From the human T2T-CHM13v2.0 reference genome, Homo sapiens, in the NCBI RefSeq assembly GCF_009914755.1, contig NC_060927.1: a stretch of DNA of 64,000 nucleotides; one strand, 5' to 3'. The translations under genes and the position numbers were made by a program. A model generated the notes under the pieces. It did not search any database and was not told where the DNA came from. It was given only the letters and a program-made list of their open reading frames with translations. Below are positions 47,865 through 63,487 of the stretch, one piece after another (position 1 is the stretch's first letter; every line of letters begins with the position of its first letter).

Positions 47865-50800
47865 ATGAAATATCAAAGTTCACAAACTATATATTATATA
47901 CTGTACATAAAATATCAAAGTACCCAAGGTATATATTCTATACTGTACAAAAAATATCAAAGTATCCAAAGCATGTATTATATACTGTATATAAAATATG
48001 AAAGTACATCAAATATATATTTTATTCTGTACATAAAATATCAAAGTACACCAGATATATATTCTATAGTGTACATAAAATATCAAAGTACCCAAACTAT
48101 ACATTATATACTGTACATAAAATATGAAATTACAGCAAATATATATTATATTAGGTACATAAAATATGAAAGTACATCAAATATAGATTATATACTCTAC
48201 ATTAAATACCAAAGTACCCCAAATATATATTTTATACTGTACATGAAATATCAAAGTTCACAAACTATATATTATATACTGTACATAAAATATCAATGTA
48301 CCCAAGGTATATATTCTATACTGCACAAAAAATATCAAAGTACCCAAAGCATGTATTATATACTGTATATAAAATATGAAAGTACATCAAATATATATTT
48401 TATTCTGTACATAAAATATCAAAGTACACCAGATATATATTCTATAGTGTACATAAAATATCAAAGTACCCAAACTATACATTATATACTGTACATAAAA
48501 TATGAAATTACATCAAATATATATTATATTAGGTACATAAAATACGAAAGTACATCAAATATAGATTATATACTGTACATAAAATATGAAAGTACCCCAA
48601 TATATATTATATACTCTACATGAAATATCAAAGTTCACAAACTATATATTATGTACTGTACATAAAATATCAAACTACCCAAGGTATATATTCTATACTG
48701 TACAAAAAATATCAAAGTACCCAAAGCATGTATTATATAATGTACATAAAATATGAAAGTACATCAAATATATATTTTATTCTGTACATAAAATATCAAA
48801 GAACACCAGATATATATTCTATAGTGTACATAAAATATCAAAGTACCCAAACTATACATTATATACTGTACATAAAATATGAAATTACATCATATATATA
48901 TTAGGTACATAAAATATGAAAGTACATCAAATATATATTTTATTCTGTACATAAAATATCAAAGTACACCAGATATATATTCTATAGTGTACATAAAATA
49001 ACAAAGTACACAAACTATAAAATATATACTGTACATAAAATATGAAATTACATCAAATATATATTAGGTACATAAAATATGAAAGTACATCAAATATAGA
49101 TTATATACTGTACATATAATATCAATGTACCCGAAATATATATTTTATACTCTACATGAAATATCAAAGTTCACAAACCATATATTGTATACTGCACATA
49201 AAATATCAAAATACACAAGGTATATATTCTATACTGTACAAAAAATATCAAAGTACCCAAAGCAGGTATTATATACTGTATATAAAATATGAAAGTACAT
49301 CAAATATATATTTTATTCTGTACATAAAATATCAAAGTACACCAGATATATATTCTATAGTGTACATAAAATATCAAGGTACCCAAACTATATATTATAT
49401 ACTGTACATAAAATATGAAATTACAGCAAATATATATTATATTAGGTACATAAAATATGAAAGTACATCAAATATAGATTATATACTGTACATTAAATAC
49501 CAAAGTACCCCAAATATATATTTTATACTGTACATGAAATATCAAAGTTCACAAACTATATATTATATACTGTAAATAAAATATCAATGTACCCAAGGTA
49601 TATATTCTATACTGCACAAAAAATATCAAAGTACCCAAAGCATGAATTATATACTGTATATAAAATATGAAAGTACATCAAATATATATTTTATTCTGTA
49701 CATAAAATATCAAAGTACACCAGATATATATTCTATAGTGTACATAAAATATCAAAGTACCCAAACTATACATTATATACTGTACATAAATATGAAATTA
49801 CATCAAATATATATTATATTAGGTACATAAAATATGAAAGTACATGAAGTATAGATTATATACTGTAGATAAAATATCAAAGTACCCCAAATTTATATTA
49901 TATACTATACATGAAATATCAAAGTTCACAAACTATATATTATATACTGTACATAAAATATCAAAGTACCCAAGGTATATATTCTATAGTGTACAAAAAA
50001 TATCAAAGTACCCAAAGCATGTATTATATACCGTACATAAAATATAAAATTACATCAAATATATATTTTATTCTGTACATAAAATATCAAAGTACACCAG
50101 ATATATATACTATAGTGTACATAAAATATCAAAGTACCCAAACTATACATTATACACTGTACATAAAATATGAAATTACATCAAATATATATTAGGTACA
50201 TAAAATATGAAAGTACATCAAATATAGATTATATACTGTAAATATAATATCAATGTACCCCAAATATATATTTTATACTCTACATGAAATATCAAAGTTC
50301 ACAAACCATATATTATATACTGTACATAAAATATCAAAGTACCCAAGGTATATATTCTATACTGTGCAAAAAATATCAAAGTACCCAAAGCATGTATTAT
50401 ATACTGTATATAAAATATGAAAGTACATCAAATATATATTTTATTCTGTACATAAAATGTCAAAGTACACCAGATATATATTCTATAGTGTACATAAAAT
50501 ATCAAAGTACCCAAACTATACATTATATACTGTACATAAAATATGAAATTACATCAAATATATATTAAGTACATAAAATATGAAAGTACATCAAATATAG
50601 ATTATATAGTGTACATAAAATATCAATGTACACCAAATATATATTATATACTCTACATGAAATATCAAAGTTCACAAACTATATATTATATACTGTCCAT
50701 AAAATATCAAAGTACCCAAGGTATATATTTTATACTGTACAAAAAATATCAAAGTACCCAAAGCATGTATTATATACTATACCTAAAATATGAAAGTACA

Positions 50801-53800
50801 TCAAATATATATTTTATTCTGTACATAAAATATCAAAGTACACCAGATATATATTCTACAGTGTATATAAAATATCAAAGTACCCAAACTATACATTATA
50901 TACTGTACATAAAATATGAAATTACATCAAATATATATTATATTAGGTACATAAAATATGAAAGTACATGAAGTATAGATTATATACTGTACATAAAATA
51001 TCAAAGTACCCCAAATTTATATTATATACTATACATGAAATATCAAAGTTCACAAACTATATATTATATACTGTACATAAAATATCAAAGTACCCAAGGT
51101 ATATATTCTATAGTGTACAAAAAATATCAAAGTACCCAAAGCATGTATTATATACCGTACGTAAAATATAAAATTACATCAAATATATATTTTATTCTGT
51201 ACATAAAATATCAAAGTACACCAGATATATATACTATAGTGTACATAAAATATCAAAGTACCCAAACTATACATTATACACTGCACATAAAATATGAAAT
51301 TACATCAAATATATATTAGGTACATAAAATATGAAAGTACATCAAATATAGATTATATACTGTAAATATAATATCAATGTACCCCAAATATATATTTTAT
51401 ACTCTACATGAAATATCAAAGTTCACAAACCATATATTATATACTGTACATAAAATATCAAAGTACCCAAGGTATATATTCTATACTGTACAAAAAATAT
51501 CAAAGTACCCAAAGCATGTATTATATACTGTACATAAAATATGAAAGTACATCAAATATATATTTTATTCTGTACATAAAATATCAAAGTACACCAGATA
51601 TATATTCTATAGTGTACATAAAATAACAAAGTACACAAACTATAAATTATATCCTGTACATAAAATATGAAATTACATCAAATATATATTAGGTACATAA
51701 AATATGAAAGTACATCAAATATAGATTATATACTGTACATTAAGTACCAAAGTACACCAAATATATATTTTATTCTGTACATAAAATATCAAAGAACACC
51801 AGATATATATTCTATAGTGTACATAAAATATCAAAGTACCCAAACTATACATTATATACTGTACATAAAATATGAAATTACAGCAAATATATATTATATT
51901 AGGTAAATGAAATATGAAAGTACATCAAATATAGATTATATACTGTACATAAAATATGAAAGTACCCCAAATATATATTATATACTCTACATGAAATATC
52001 AAAGTTCACAAACTATATATTATATACTGTACATAAAATATCAAAGTACCCAAGGTATATATTCTATACTGTACAAAAAATATCAAAGTATCCAAAGCAT
52101 GTATTATATACTGTATATAAAATATGAAAGTACATCAAATATATATTTTATTCTGTACATAAAATATCAAAGTACACCAGATATATATTCTATAGTGTAC
52201 ATAAAATATCAAAGTACCCAAACTATACATTATATACTGTACATAAAATATGAAATTACAGCAAATATATATTATATTAGGTACATAAAATATGAAAGTA
52301 CATCAAATATAGATTATATACTGTACATTAAATACCAAAGTACCCCAAATATATATTTTATACTGTACATGAAATATCAAAGTTCACAAACTATATATTA
52401 TATACTGTACATAAAATATCAATGTACCCAAGGTATATATTCTATACTGCACAAAAAATATCAAAGTACCCAAAGCATGTATTATATACTGTATATAAAA
52501 TATGAAAGTACATCAAATATATATTTTATTCTGTACATAAAATATCAAAGTACACCAGATATATATTCTATAGTGTACATAAAATATCAAAGTACCCAAA
52601 CTATACATTATATACTGTACATAAAATATGAAATTACATCAAATATATATTATATTAGGTACATAAAATACGAAAGTACATCAAATATAGATTATATACT
52701 GTACATAAAATATGAAAGTACCCCAATATATATTATATACTCTACATGAAATATCAAAGTTTACAAACTATATATTATGTACTGTACATAAAATATCAAA
52801 CTACCCAAGGTATATATTCTATACTGTACAAAAAATATCAAAGTACCCAAAGCATGTATTATATAATGTACATAAAATATGAAAGTACATCAAATATATA
52901 TTTTATTCTGTACATAAAATATCAAAGAACACCAGATATATATTCTATAGTGTACATAAAATATCAAAGTACCCAAACTATACATTATATACTGTACATA
53001 AAATATGAAATTACATCAAATATATATTATATTAGGTACATAAAATATGAAAGTACATCAAATATAGATTATATACTGTAAATATAATATCAATGTACCC
53101 CAAATATATATTTTATACTCTACATGAAATATCAAAGTTCACAAACCATATATTATATACTGTACATAAAATATCAAAGTACCCAAGGTATATATTCTAT
53201 ACTGTACAAAAAATATCAAAGTACCCAAAGCATGTATTATATACTATACCTAAAATATGAAAGTACATCAAATATATATTTTATTCTGTACATAAAATGT
53301 CAAAGTACACCAGATATATATTCTATAGTGTACATAAAATATCAAAGTACCCAAACTATACATTATATACTGTACATAAAATATGAAATTACATCAAATA
53401 TATATTAAGTACATAAAATATGAAAGTACATCAAATATAGATTATATAGTGTACATAAAATATCAATGTACACCAAATATATATTATATACTCTACATGA
53501 AATATCAAAGTTCACAAACTATATATTATATACTGTCCATAAAATATCAAAGTACCCAAGGTATATATTTTATACTGTACAAAAAATATCAAAGTACCCA
53601 AAGCATGTATTATATACTATACCTAAAATATGAAAGTACATCAAATATATATTTTATTCTGTACATAAAATATCAAAGTACACCAGATATATATTCTACA
53701 GTGTATATAAAATATCAAAGTACCCAAACTATACATTATATACTGTACATAAAATATGAAATTACATCAAATATATATTATATTAGGTACATAAAATATG

Positions 53801-56800
53801 AAAGTACATGAAGTATAGATTATATACTGTACATAAAATATCAAAGTACCCCAAATTTATATTATATACTATACATGAAATATCAAAGTTCACAAACTAT
53901 ATATTATATACTGTACATAAAATATCAAAGTACCCAAGGTATATATTCTATAGTGTACAAAAAATATCAAAGTACCCAAAGCATGTATTATATACCGTAC
54001 GTAAAATATAAAATTACATCAAATATATATTTTATTCTGTACATAAAATATCAAAGTACACCAGATATATATACTATAGTGTACATAAAATATCAAAGTA
54101 CCCAAACTATACATTATACACTGCACATAAAATATGAAATTACATCAAATATATATTAGGTACATAAAATATGAAAGTACATCAAATATAGATTATATAC
54201 TGTAAATATAATATCAATGTACCCCAAATATATATTTTATACTCTACATGAAATATCAAAGTTCACAAACCATATATTATATACTGTACATAAAATATCA
54301 AAGTACCCAAGGTATATATTCTATACTGTACAAAAAATATCAAAGTACCCAAAGCATGTATTATATACTGTACATAAAATATGAAAGTACATCAAATATA
54401 TATTTTATTCTGTACATAAAATATCAAAGTACACCAGATATATATTCTATAGTGTACATAAAATAACAAAGTACACAAACTATAAATTATATCCTGTACA
54501 TAAAATATGAAATTACATCAAATATATATTAGGTACATAAAATATGAAAGTACATCAAATATAGATTATATACTGTACATTAAGTACCAAAGTACACCAA
54601 ATATATATTTTATTCTGTACATAAAATATCAAAGAACACCAGATATATATTCTATAGTGTACATAAAATATCAAAGTACCCAAACTATACATTATATACT
54701 GTACATAAAATATGAAATTACAGCAAATATATATTATATTAGGTAAATGAAATATGAAAGTACATCAAATATAGATTATATACTGTACATAAAATATGAA
54801 AGTACCCCAAATATATATTATATACTCTACATGAAATATCAAAGTTCACAAACTATATATTATATACTGTACATAAAATATCAAAGTACCCAAGGTATAT
54901 ATTCTATACTGTACAAAAAATATCAAAGTATCCAAAGCATGTATTATATACTGTATATAAAATATGAAAGTACATCAAATATATATTTTATTCTGTACAT
55001 AAAATATCAAAGTACACCAGATATATATTCTATAGTGTACATAAAATATCAAAGTACCCAAACTATACATTATATACTGTACATAAAATATGAAATTACA
55101 GCAAATATATATTATATTAGGTACATAAAATATGAAAGTACATCAAATATAGATTATATACTGTACATTAAATACCAAAGTACCCCAAATATATATTTTA
55201 TACTGTACATGAAATATCAAAGTTCACAAACTATATATTATATACTGTACATAAAATATCAATGTACCCAAGGTATATATTCTATACTGCACAAAAAATA
55301 TCAAAGTACCCAAAGCATGTATTATATACTGTATATAAAATATGAAAGTACATCAAATATATATTTTATTCTGTACATAAAATATCAAAGTACACCAGAT
55401 ATATATTCTATAGTGTACATAAAATATCAAAGTACCCAAACTATACATTATATACTGTACATAAAATATGAAATTACATCAAATATATATTATATTAGGT
55501 ACATAAAATACGAAAGTACATCAAATATAGATTATATACTGTACATAAAATATGAAAGTACCCCAATATATATTATATACTCTACATGAAATATCAAAGT
55601 TTACAAACTATATATTATGTACTGTACATAAAATATCAAACTACCCAAGGTATATATTCTATACTGTACAAAAAATATCAAAGTACCCAAAGCATGTATT
55701 ATATAATGTACATAAAATATGAAAGTACATCAAATATATATTTTATTCTGTACATAAAATATCAAAGAACACCTGATATATATTCTATAGTGTACATAAA
55801 ATATCAAAGTACCCAAACTATACATTATATACTGTACATAAAATATGAAATTACATCAAATATATATTATATTAGGTACATAAAATATGAAAGTACATCA
55901 AATATAGATTATATACTGTAAATATAATATCAATGTACCCCAAATATATATTTTATACTCTACATGAAATATCAAAGTTCACAAACCATATATTATATAC
56001 TGTACATAAAATATCAAAGTACCCAAGGTATATATTCTATACTGTACAAAAAATATCAAAGTACCCAAAGCATGTATTATATACTATACCTAAAATATGA
56101 AAGTACATCAAATATATATTTTATTCTGTACATAAAATATCAAAGTACACCAGATATATATTCTACAGTGTACATAAAATATCAAAGTACCCAAACTATA
56201 CATTATATACTGTACATAAAATATGAAATTACATCAAATATATATTATATTAGGTACATAAAATACGAAAGTACATCAAATATAGATTATATACTGTACA
56301 TAAAATATCAAAGTACCCCAATATATATTATATACTGTACATGAAATATCAAAGTTCACAAACTATATATTATGTACTGTACATAAAATATCAAAGTACC
56401 CAAGGTATATATTCTATACTGTACAAAAAATATCAAAGTACCCAAAGCATGTATTATATAATGTACATAAAATATGAAAGTACATCAAATATATATTTTA
56501 TTCTGTACATAAAATATCAAAGTACACCAGATATATATTCTATAGCGTACATAAAATATCAAAGTACACAAACTATACATTATATACTGTACATAAAATA
56601 TGAAATTACATCAAATATATATTATATTAGGTAAATGAAATATGAAAGTACATCAAATATAGATTATATACTGTACATAAAATATGAAAGTACCCCAAAT
56701 ATATATTATATACTCTACATGAAATATCAAAGTTCACAAACTATATATTATATACTGTACATAAAATATCAAAGTACCCAAGGTATATATTCTATACTGT

Positions 56801-59800
56801 ACAAAAAATATCAAAGTATCCAAAGCATGTATTATATACTGTATATAAAATATGAAAGTACATCAAATATATATTTTATTCTGTACATAAAATATCAAAG
56901 TACACCAGATATATATTCTACAGTGTATATAAAATATCAAAGTACCCAAACTATACATTATATACTGTACATAAAATATGAAATTACATCAAATATATAT
57001 TATATTAGGTACATAAAATATGAAAGTACATGAAGTATAGATTATATACTGTACATAAAATATCAAAGTACCCCAAATTTATATTATATACTATACATGA
57101 AATATCAAAGTTCACAAACTATATATTATATACTGTACATAAAATATCAAAGTACCCAAGGTATATATTCTATACTGTACAAAAAATATCAAAGTATCCA
57201 AAGCATGTATTATATACTGTATATAAAATATGAAAGTACATCAAATATATATTTTATTCTGTACATAAAATATCAAAGTACACCAGATATATATTCTATA
57301 GTGTACATAAATTATCAAAGTACCCAATCTATACATTATATACTGTACATAAAATATGAAATTACAGCAAATATATATTATATTAGGTACATAAAATATG
57401 AAAGTACATCAAATATAGATTATATACTCTACATTAAATACCAAAGTACCCCAAATATATATTTTATACTGTACATGAAATATCAAAGTTCACAAACTAT
57501 ATATTATATACTGTACATAAAATATCAATGTACCCAAGGTATATATTCTATACTGCACAAAAAATATCAAAGTACCCAAAGCATGTATTATATACTGTAT
57601 ATAAAATATGAAAGTACATCAAATATATATTTTATTCTGTACATAAAATATCAAAGTACACCAGATATATATTCTATAGTGTACATAAAATATCAAAGTA
57701 CCCAAACTATACATTATATACTGTACATAAAATATGAAATTACATCAAATATATATTATATTAGGTACATAAAATACGAAAGTACATCAAATATAGATTA
57801 TATACTGTACATAAAATATGAAAGTACCCCAATATATATTATATACTCTACATGAAATATCAAAGTTCACAAACTATATATTATGTACTGTACATAAAAT
57901 ATCAAACTACCCAAGGTATATATTCTATACTGTACAAAAAATATCAAAGTACCCAAAGCATGTATTATATAATGTACATAAAATATGAAAGTACATCAAA
58001 TATATATTTTATTCTGTACATAAAATATCAAAGAACACCAGATATATATTCTATAGTGTACATAAAATATCAAAGTACCCAAACTATACATTATATACTG
58101 TACATAAAATATGAAATTACATCATATATATATTAGGTACATAAAATATGAAAGTACATCAAATATATATTTTATTCTGTACATAAAATATCAAAGTACA
58201 CCAGATATATATTCTATAGTGTACATAAAATAACAAAGTACACAAACTATAAAATATATACTGTACATAAAATATGAAATTACATCAAATATATATTAGG
58301 TACATAAAATATGAAAGTACATCAAATATAGATTATATACTGTACATATAATATCAATGTACCCGAAATATATATTTTATACTCTACATGAAATATCAAA
58401 GTTCACAAACCATATATTGTATACTGCACATAAAATATCAAAATACACAAGGTATATATTCTATACTGTACAAAAAATATCAAAGTACCCAAAGCAGGTA
58501 TTATATACTGTATATAAAATATGAAAGTACATCAAATATATATTTTATTCTGTACATAAAATATCAAAGTACACCAGATATATATTCTATAGTGTACATA
58601 AAATATCAAGGTACCCAAACTATATATTATATACTGTACATAAAATATGAAATTACAGCAAATATATATTATATTAGGTACATAAAATATGAAAGTACAT
58701 CAAATATAGATTATATACTGTACATTAAATACCAAAGTACCCCAAATATATATTTTATACTGTACATGAAATATCAAAGTTCACAAACTATATATTATAT
58801 ACTGTACATAAAATATCAATGTACCCAAGGTATATATTCTATACTGCACAAAAAATATCAAAGTACCCAAAGCATGTATTATATACTGTATATAAAATAT
58901 GAAAGTACATCAAATATATATTTTATTCTGTACATAAAATATCAAAGTACACCAGATATATATTCTATAGTGTACATAAAATATCAAAGTACCCAAACTA
59001 TACATTATATACTGTACATAAATATGAAATTACATCAAATATATATTATATTAGGTACATAAAATATGAAAGTACATGAAGTATAGATTATATACTGTAG
59101 ATAAAATATCAAAGTACCCCAAATTTATATTATATACTATACATGAAATATCAAAGTTCACAAACTATATATTATATACTGTACATAAAATATCAAAGTA
59201 CCCAAGGTATATATTCTATAGTGTACAAAAAATATCAAAGTACCCAAAGCATGTATTATATACCGTACATAAAATATAAAATTACATCAAATATATATTT
59301 TATTCTGTACATAAAATATCAAAGTACACCAGATATATATACTATAGTGTACATAAAATATCAAAGTACCCAAACTATACATTATACACTGTACATAAAA
59401 TATGAAATTACATCAAATATATATTAGGTACATAAAATATGAAAGTACATCAAATATAGATTATATACTGTAAATATAATATCAATGTACCCCAAATATA
59501 TATTTTATACTCTACATGAAATATCAAAGTTCACAAACCATATATTATATACTGTACATAAAATATCAAAGTACCCAAGGTATATATTCTATACTGTGCA
59601 AAAAATATCAAAGTACCCAAAGCATGTATTATATACTGTATATAAAATATGAAAGTACATCAAATATATATTTTATTCTGTACATAAAATGTCAAAGTAC
59701 ACCAGATATATATTCTATAGTGTACATAAAATATCAAAGTACCCAAACTATACATTATATACTGTACATAAAATATGAAATTACATCAAATATATATTAA

Positions 59801-62800
59801 CTACATAAAATATGAAAGTACATCAAATATAGATTATATAGTGTACATAAAATATCAATGTACACCAAATATATATTATATACTCTACATGAAATATCAA
59901 AGTTCACAAACTATATATTATATACTGTCCATAAAATATCAAAGTACCCAAGGTATATATTTTATACTGTACAAAAAATATCAAAGTACCCAAAGCATGT
60001 ATTATATACTATACCTAAAATATGAAAGTACATCAAATATATATTTTATTCTGTACATAAAATATCAAAGTACACCAGATATATATTCTACAGTGTATAT
60101 AAAATATCAAAGTACCCAAACTATACATTATATACTGTACATAAAATATGAAATTACATCAAATATATATTATATTAGGTACATAAAATATGAAAGTACA
60201 TGAAGTATAGATTATATACTGTACATAAAATATCAAAGTACCCCAAATTTATATTATATACTATACATGAAATATCAAAGTTCACAAACTATATATTATA
60301 TACTGTACATAAAATATCAAAGTACCCAAGGTATATATTCTATAGTGTACAAAAAATATCAAAGTACCCAAAGCATGTATTATATACCGTACGTAAAATA
60401 TAAAATTACATCAAATATATATTTTATTCTGTACATAAAATATCAAAGTACACCAGATATATATACTATAGTGTACATAAAATATCAAAGTACCCAAACT
60501 ATACATTATACACTGCACATAAAATATGAAATTACATCAAATATATATTAGGTACATAAAATATGAAAGTACATCAAATATAGATTATATACTGTAAATA
60601 TAATATCAATGTACCCCAAATATATATTTTATACTCTACATGAAATATCAAAGTTCACAAACCATATATTATATACTGTACATAAAATATCAAAGTACCC
60701 AAGGTATATATTCTATACTGTACAAAAAATATCAAAGTACCCAAAGCATGTATTATATACTGTACATAAAATATGAAAGTACATCAAATATATATTTTAT
60801 TCTGTACATAAAATATCAAAGTACACCAGATATATATTCTATAGTGTACATAAAATAACAAAGTACACAAACTATAAATTATATCCTGTACATAAAATAT
60901 GAAATTACATCAAATATATATTAGGTACATAAAATATGAAAGTACATCAAATATAGATTATATACTGTACATTAAGTACCAAAGTACACCAAATATATAT
61001 TTTATTCTGTACATAAAATATCAAAGTACACCAGATATATATTCTATAGTGTACATAAAATATCAAAGTACCCAAACTATACATTATATACTGTACATAA
61101 AATATGAAATTACAGCAAATATATATTATATTAGGTACATAAAATATGAAAGTACATCAAATATAGATTATATACTCTACATTAAATACCAAAGTACCCC
61201 AAATATATATTTTATACTGTACATGAAATATCAAAGTTCACAAACTATATATTATATACTGTACATAAAATATCAATGTACCCAAGGTATATATTCTATA
61301 CTGCACAAAAAATATCAAAGTACCCAAAGCATGTATTATATACTGTATATAAAATATGAAAGTACATCAAATATATATTTTATTCTGTACATAAAATATC
61401 AAAGTACACCAGATATATATTCTATAGTGTACATAAAATATCAAAGTACCCAAACTATACATTATATACTGTACATAAAATATGAAATTACATCAAATAT
61501 ATATTATATTAGGTACATAAAATACGAAAGTACATCAAATATAGATTATATACTGTACATAAAATATGAAAGTACCCCAATATATATTATATACTCTACA
61601 TGAAATATCAAAGTTTACAAACTATATATTATGTACCGTACATAAAATATCAAACTACCCAAGGTATATATTCTATACTGTACAAAAAATATCAAAGTAC
61701 CCAAAGCATGTATTATATAATGTACATAAAATATGAAAGTACATCAAATATATATTTTATTCTGTACATAAAATATCAAAGAACACCAGATATATATTCT
61801 ATAGTGTACATAAAATATCAAAGTACCCAAACTATACATTATATACTGTACATAAAATATGAAATTACATCAAATATATATTATATTAGGTACATAAAAT
61901 ATGAAAGTACATCAAATATAGATTATATACTGTAAATATAATATCAATGTACCCCAAATATATATTTTATACTCTACATGAAATATCAAAGTTCACAAAC
62001 CATATATTATATACTGTACATAAAATATCAAAGTACCCAAGGTATATATTCTATACTGTACAAAAAATATCAAAGTACCCAAAGCATGTATTATATACTG
62101 TATATAAAATATGAAAGTACATCAAATATATATTTTATTCTGTACATAAAATATCAAAGTACACCAGATATATATTCTATAGTGTACATAAAATATCAAA
62201 GTACCCAAACTATACATTATATACTGTACATAAAATATGAAATTACATCAAATATATATTATATTAGGTACATAAAATACGAAAGTACATCAAATATAGA
62301 TTATATACTGTACATAAAATATGAAAGTACCCCAATATATATTATATACTCTACATGAAATATCAAAGTTCACAAACTATATATTATGTACTGTACATAA
62401 AATATCAAACTACCCAAGGTATATATTCTATACTGTACAAAAAATATCAAAGTACCCAAAGCATGTATTATATAATGTACATAAAATATGAAAGTACATC
62501 AAATATATATTTTATTCTGTACATAAAATATCAAAGTACACCAGATATATATTCTACAGTGTACATAAAATATCAAAGTACCCAAACTATACATTATATA
62601 CTGTACATAAAATATGAAATTACATCAAATATATATTATATTAGGTACATAAAATACGAAAGTACATCAAATATAGATTATATACTGTACATAAAATATC
62701 AAAGTACCCCAATATATATTATATACTGTACATGAAATATCAAAGTTCACAAACTATATATTATGTACTGTACATAAAATATCAAAGTACCCAAGGTATA

Positions 62801-63487
62801 TATTCTATACTGTACAAAAAATATCAAAGTACCCAAAGCATGTATTATATAATGTACATAAAATATGAAAGTACATCAAATATATATTTTATTCTGTACA
62901 TAAAATATCAAAGTACACCAGATATATATTCTATAGCGTACATAAAATATCAAAGTACACAAACTATACATTATATACTGTACATAAAATATGAAATTAC
63001 ATCAAATATATATTATATTAGGTAAATGAAATATGAAAGTACATCAAATATAGATTATATACTGTACATAAATTATGAAAGTACCCCAAATATATATTAT
63101 ATACTCTACATGAAATATCAAAGTTCACAAACTATATATTATATACTGTACATAAAATATCAAAGTACCCAAGGTATATATTCTATACTGTACAAAAAAT
63201 ATCAAAGTATCCAAAGCATGTATTATATACTGTATATAAAATATGAAAGTACATCAAATATATATTTTATTCTGTACATAAAATATCAAAGTACACCAGA
63301 TATATATTCTATAGCGTACATAAAATATCAAAGTACACAAACTATACATTATATACTGTACATAAAATATGAAATTACATCAAATATATATTATATTAGG
63401 TACATAAAATATGAAAGTACATCAAATATAGATTATATACTGTAAATATAATATCAATGTACCCCAAATATATATTTTATACTCTAC
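47865..63487 (+). repeat. Large tandem duplication (offset 9232 on the left, 6391 on the right) enclosing the 2840-bp duplication; ends approximate
   Basis: 48620/57852, 49156/58388, 49911/59143, 50284/59516, 51035/60267, 51667/60899 (9232); 56341/62732, 56635/63026 (6391). Shared private variants CTGTAGATA (~49863/59096) and a 1-bp deletion CATAAATATG (~49785/59017). Confidence 0.83.
50411..56138 (+). repeat. 2840-bp near-identical tandem duplication, 2 copies
   Basis: 50543/53383, 51035/53875, 51408/54248, 51907/54747, 52746/55586 and 53124/55964 are offset by 2840 (=378+373+583+378+377+378+373) with identical translations. Confidence 0.9.
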
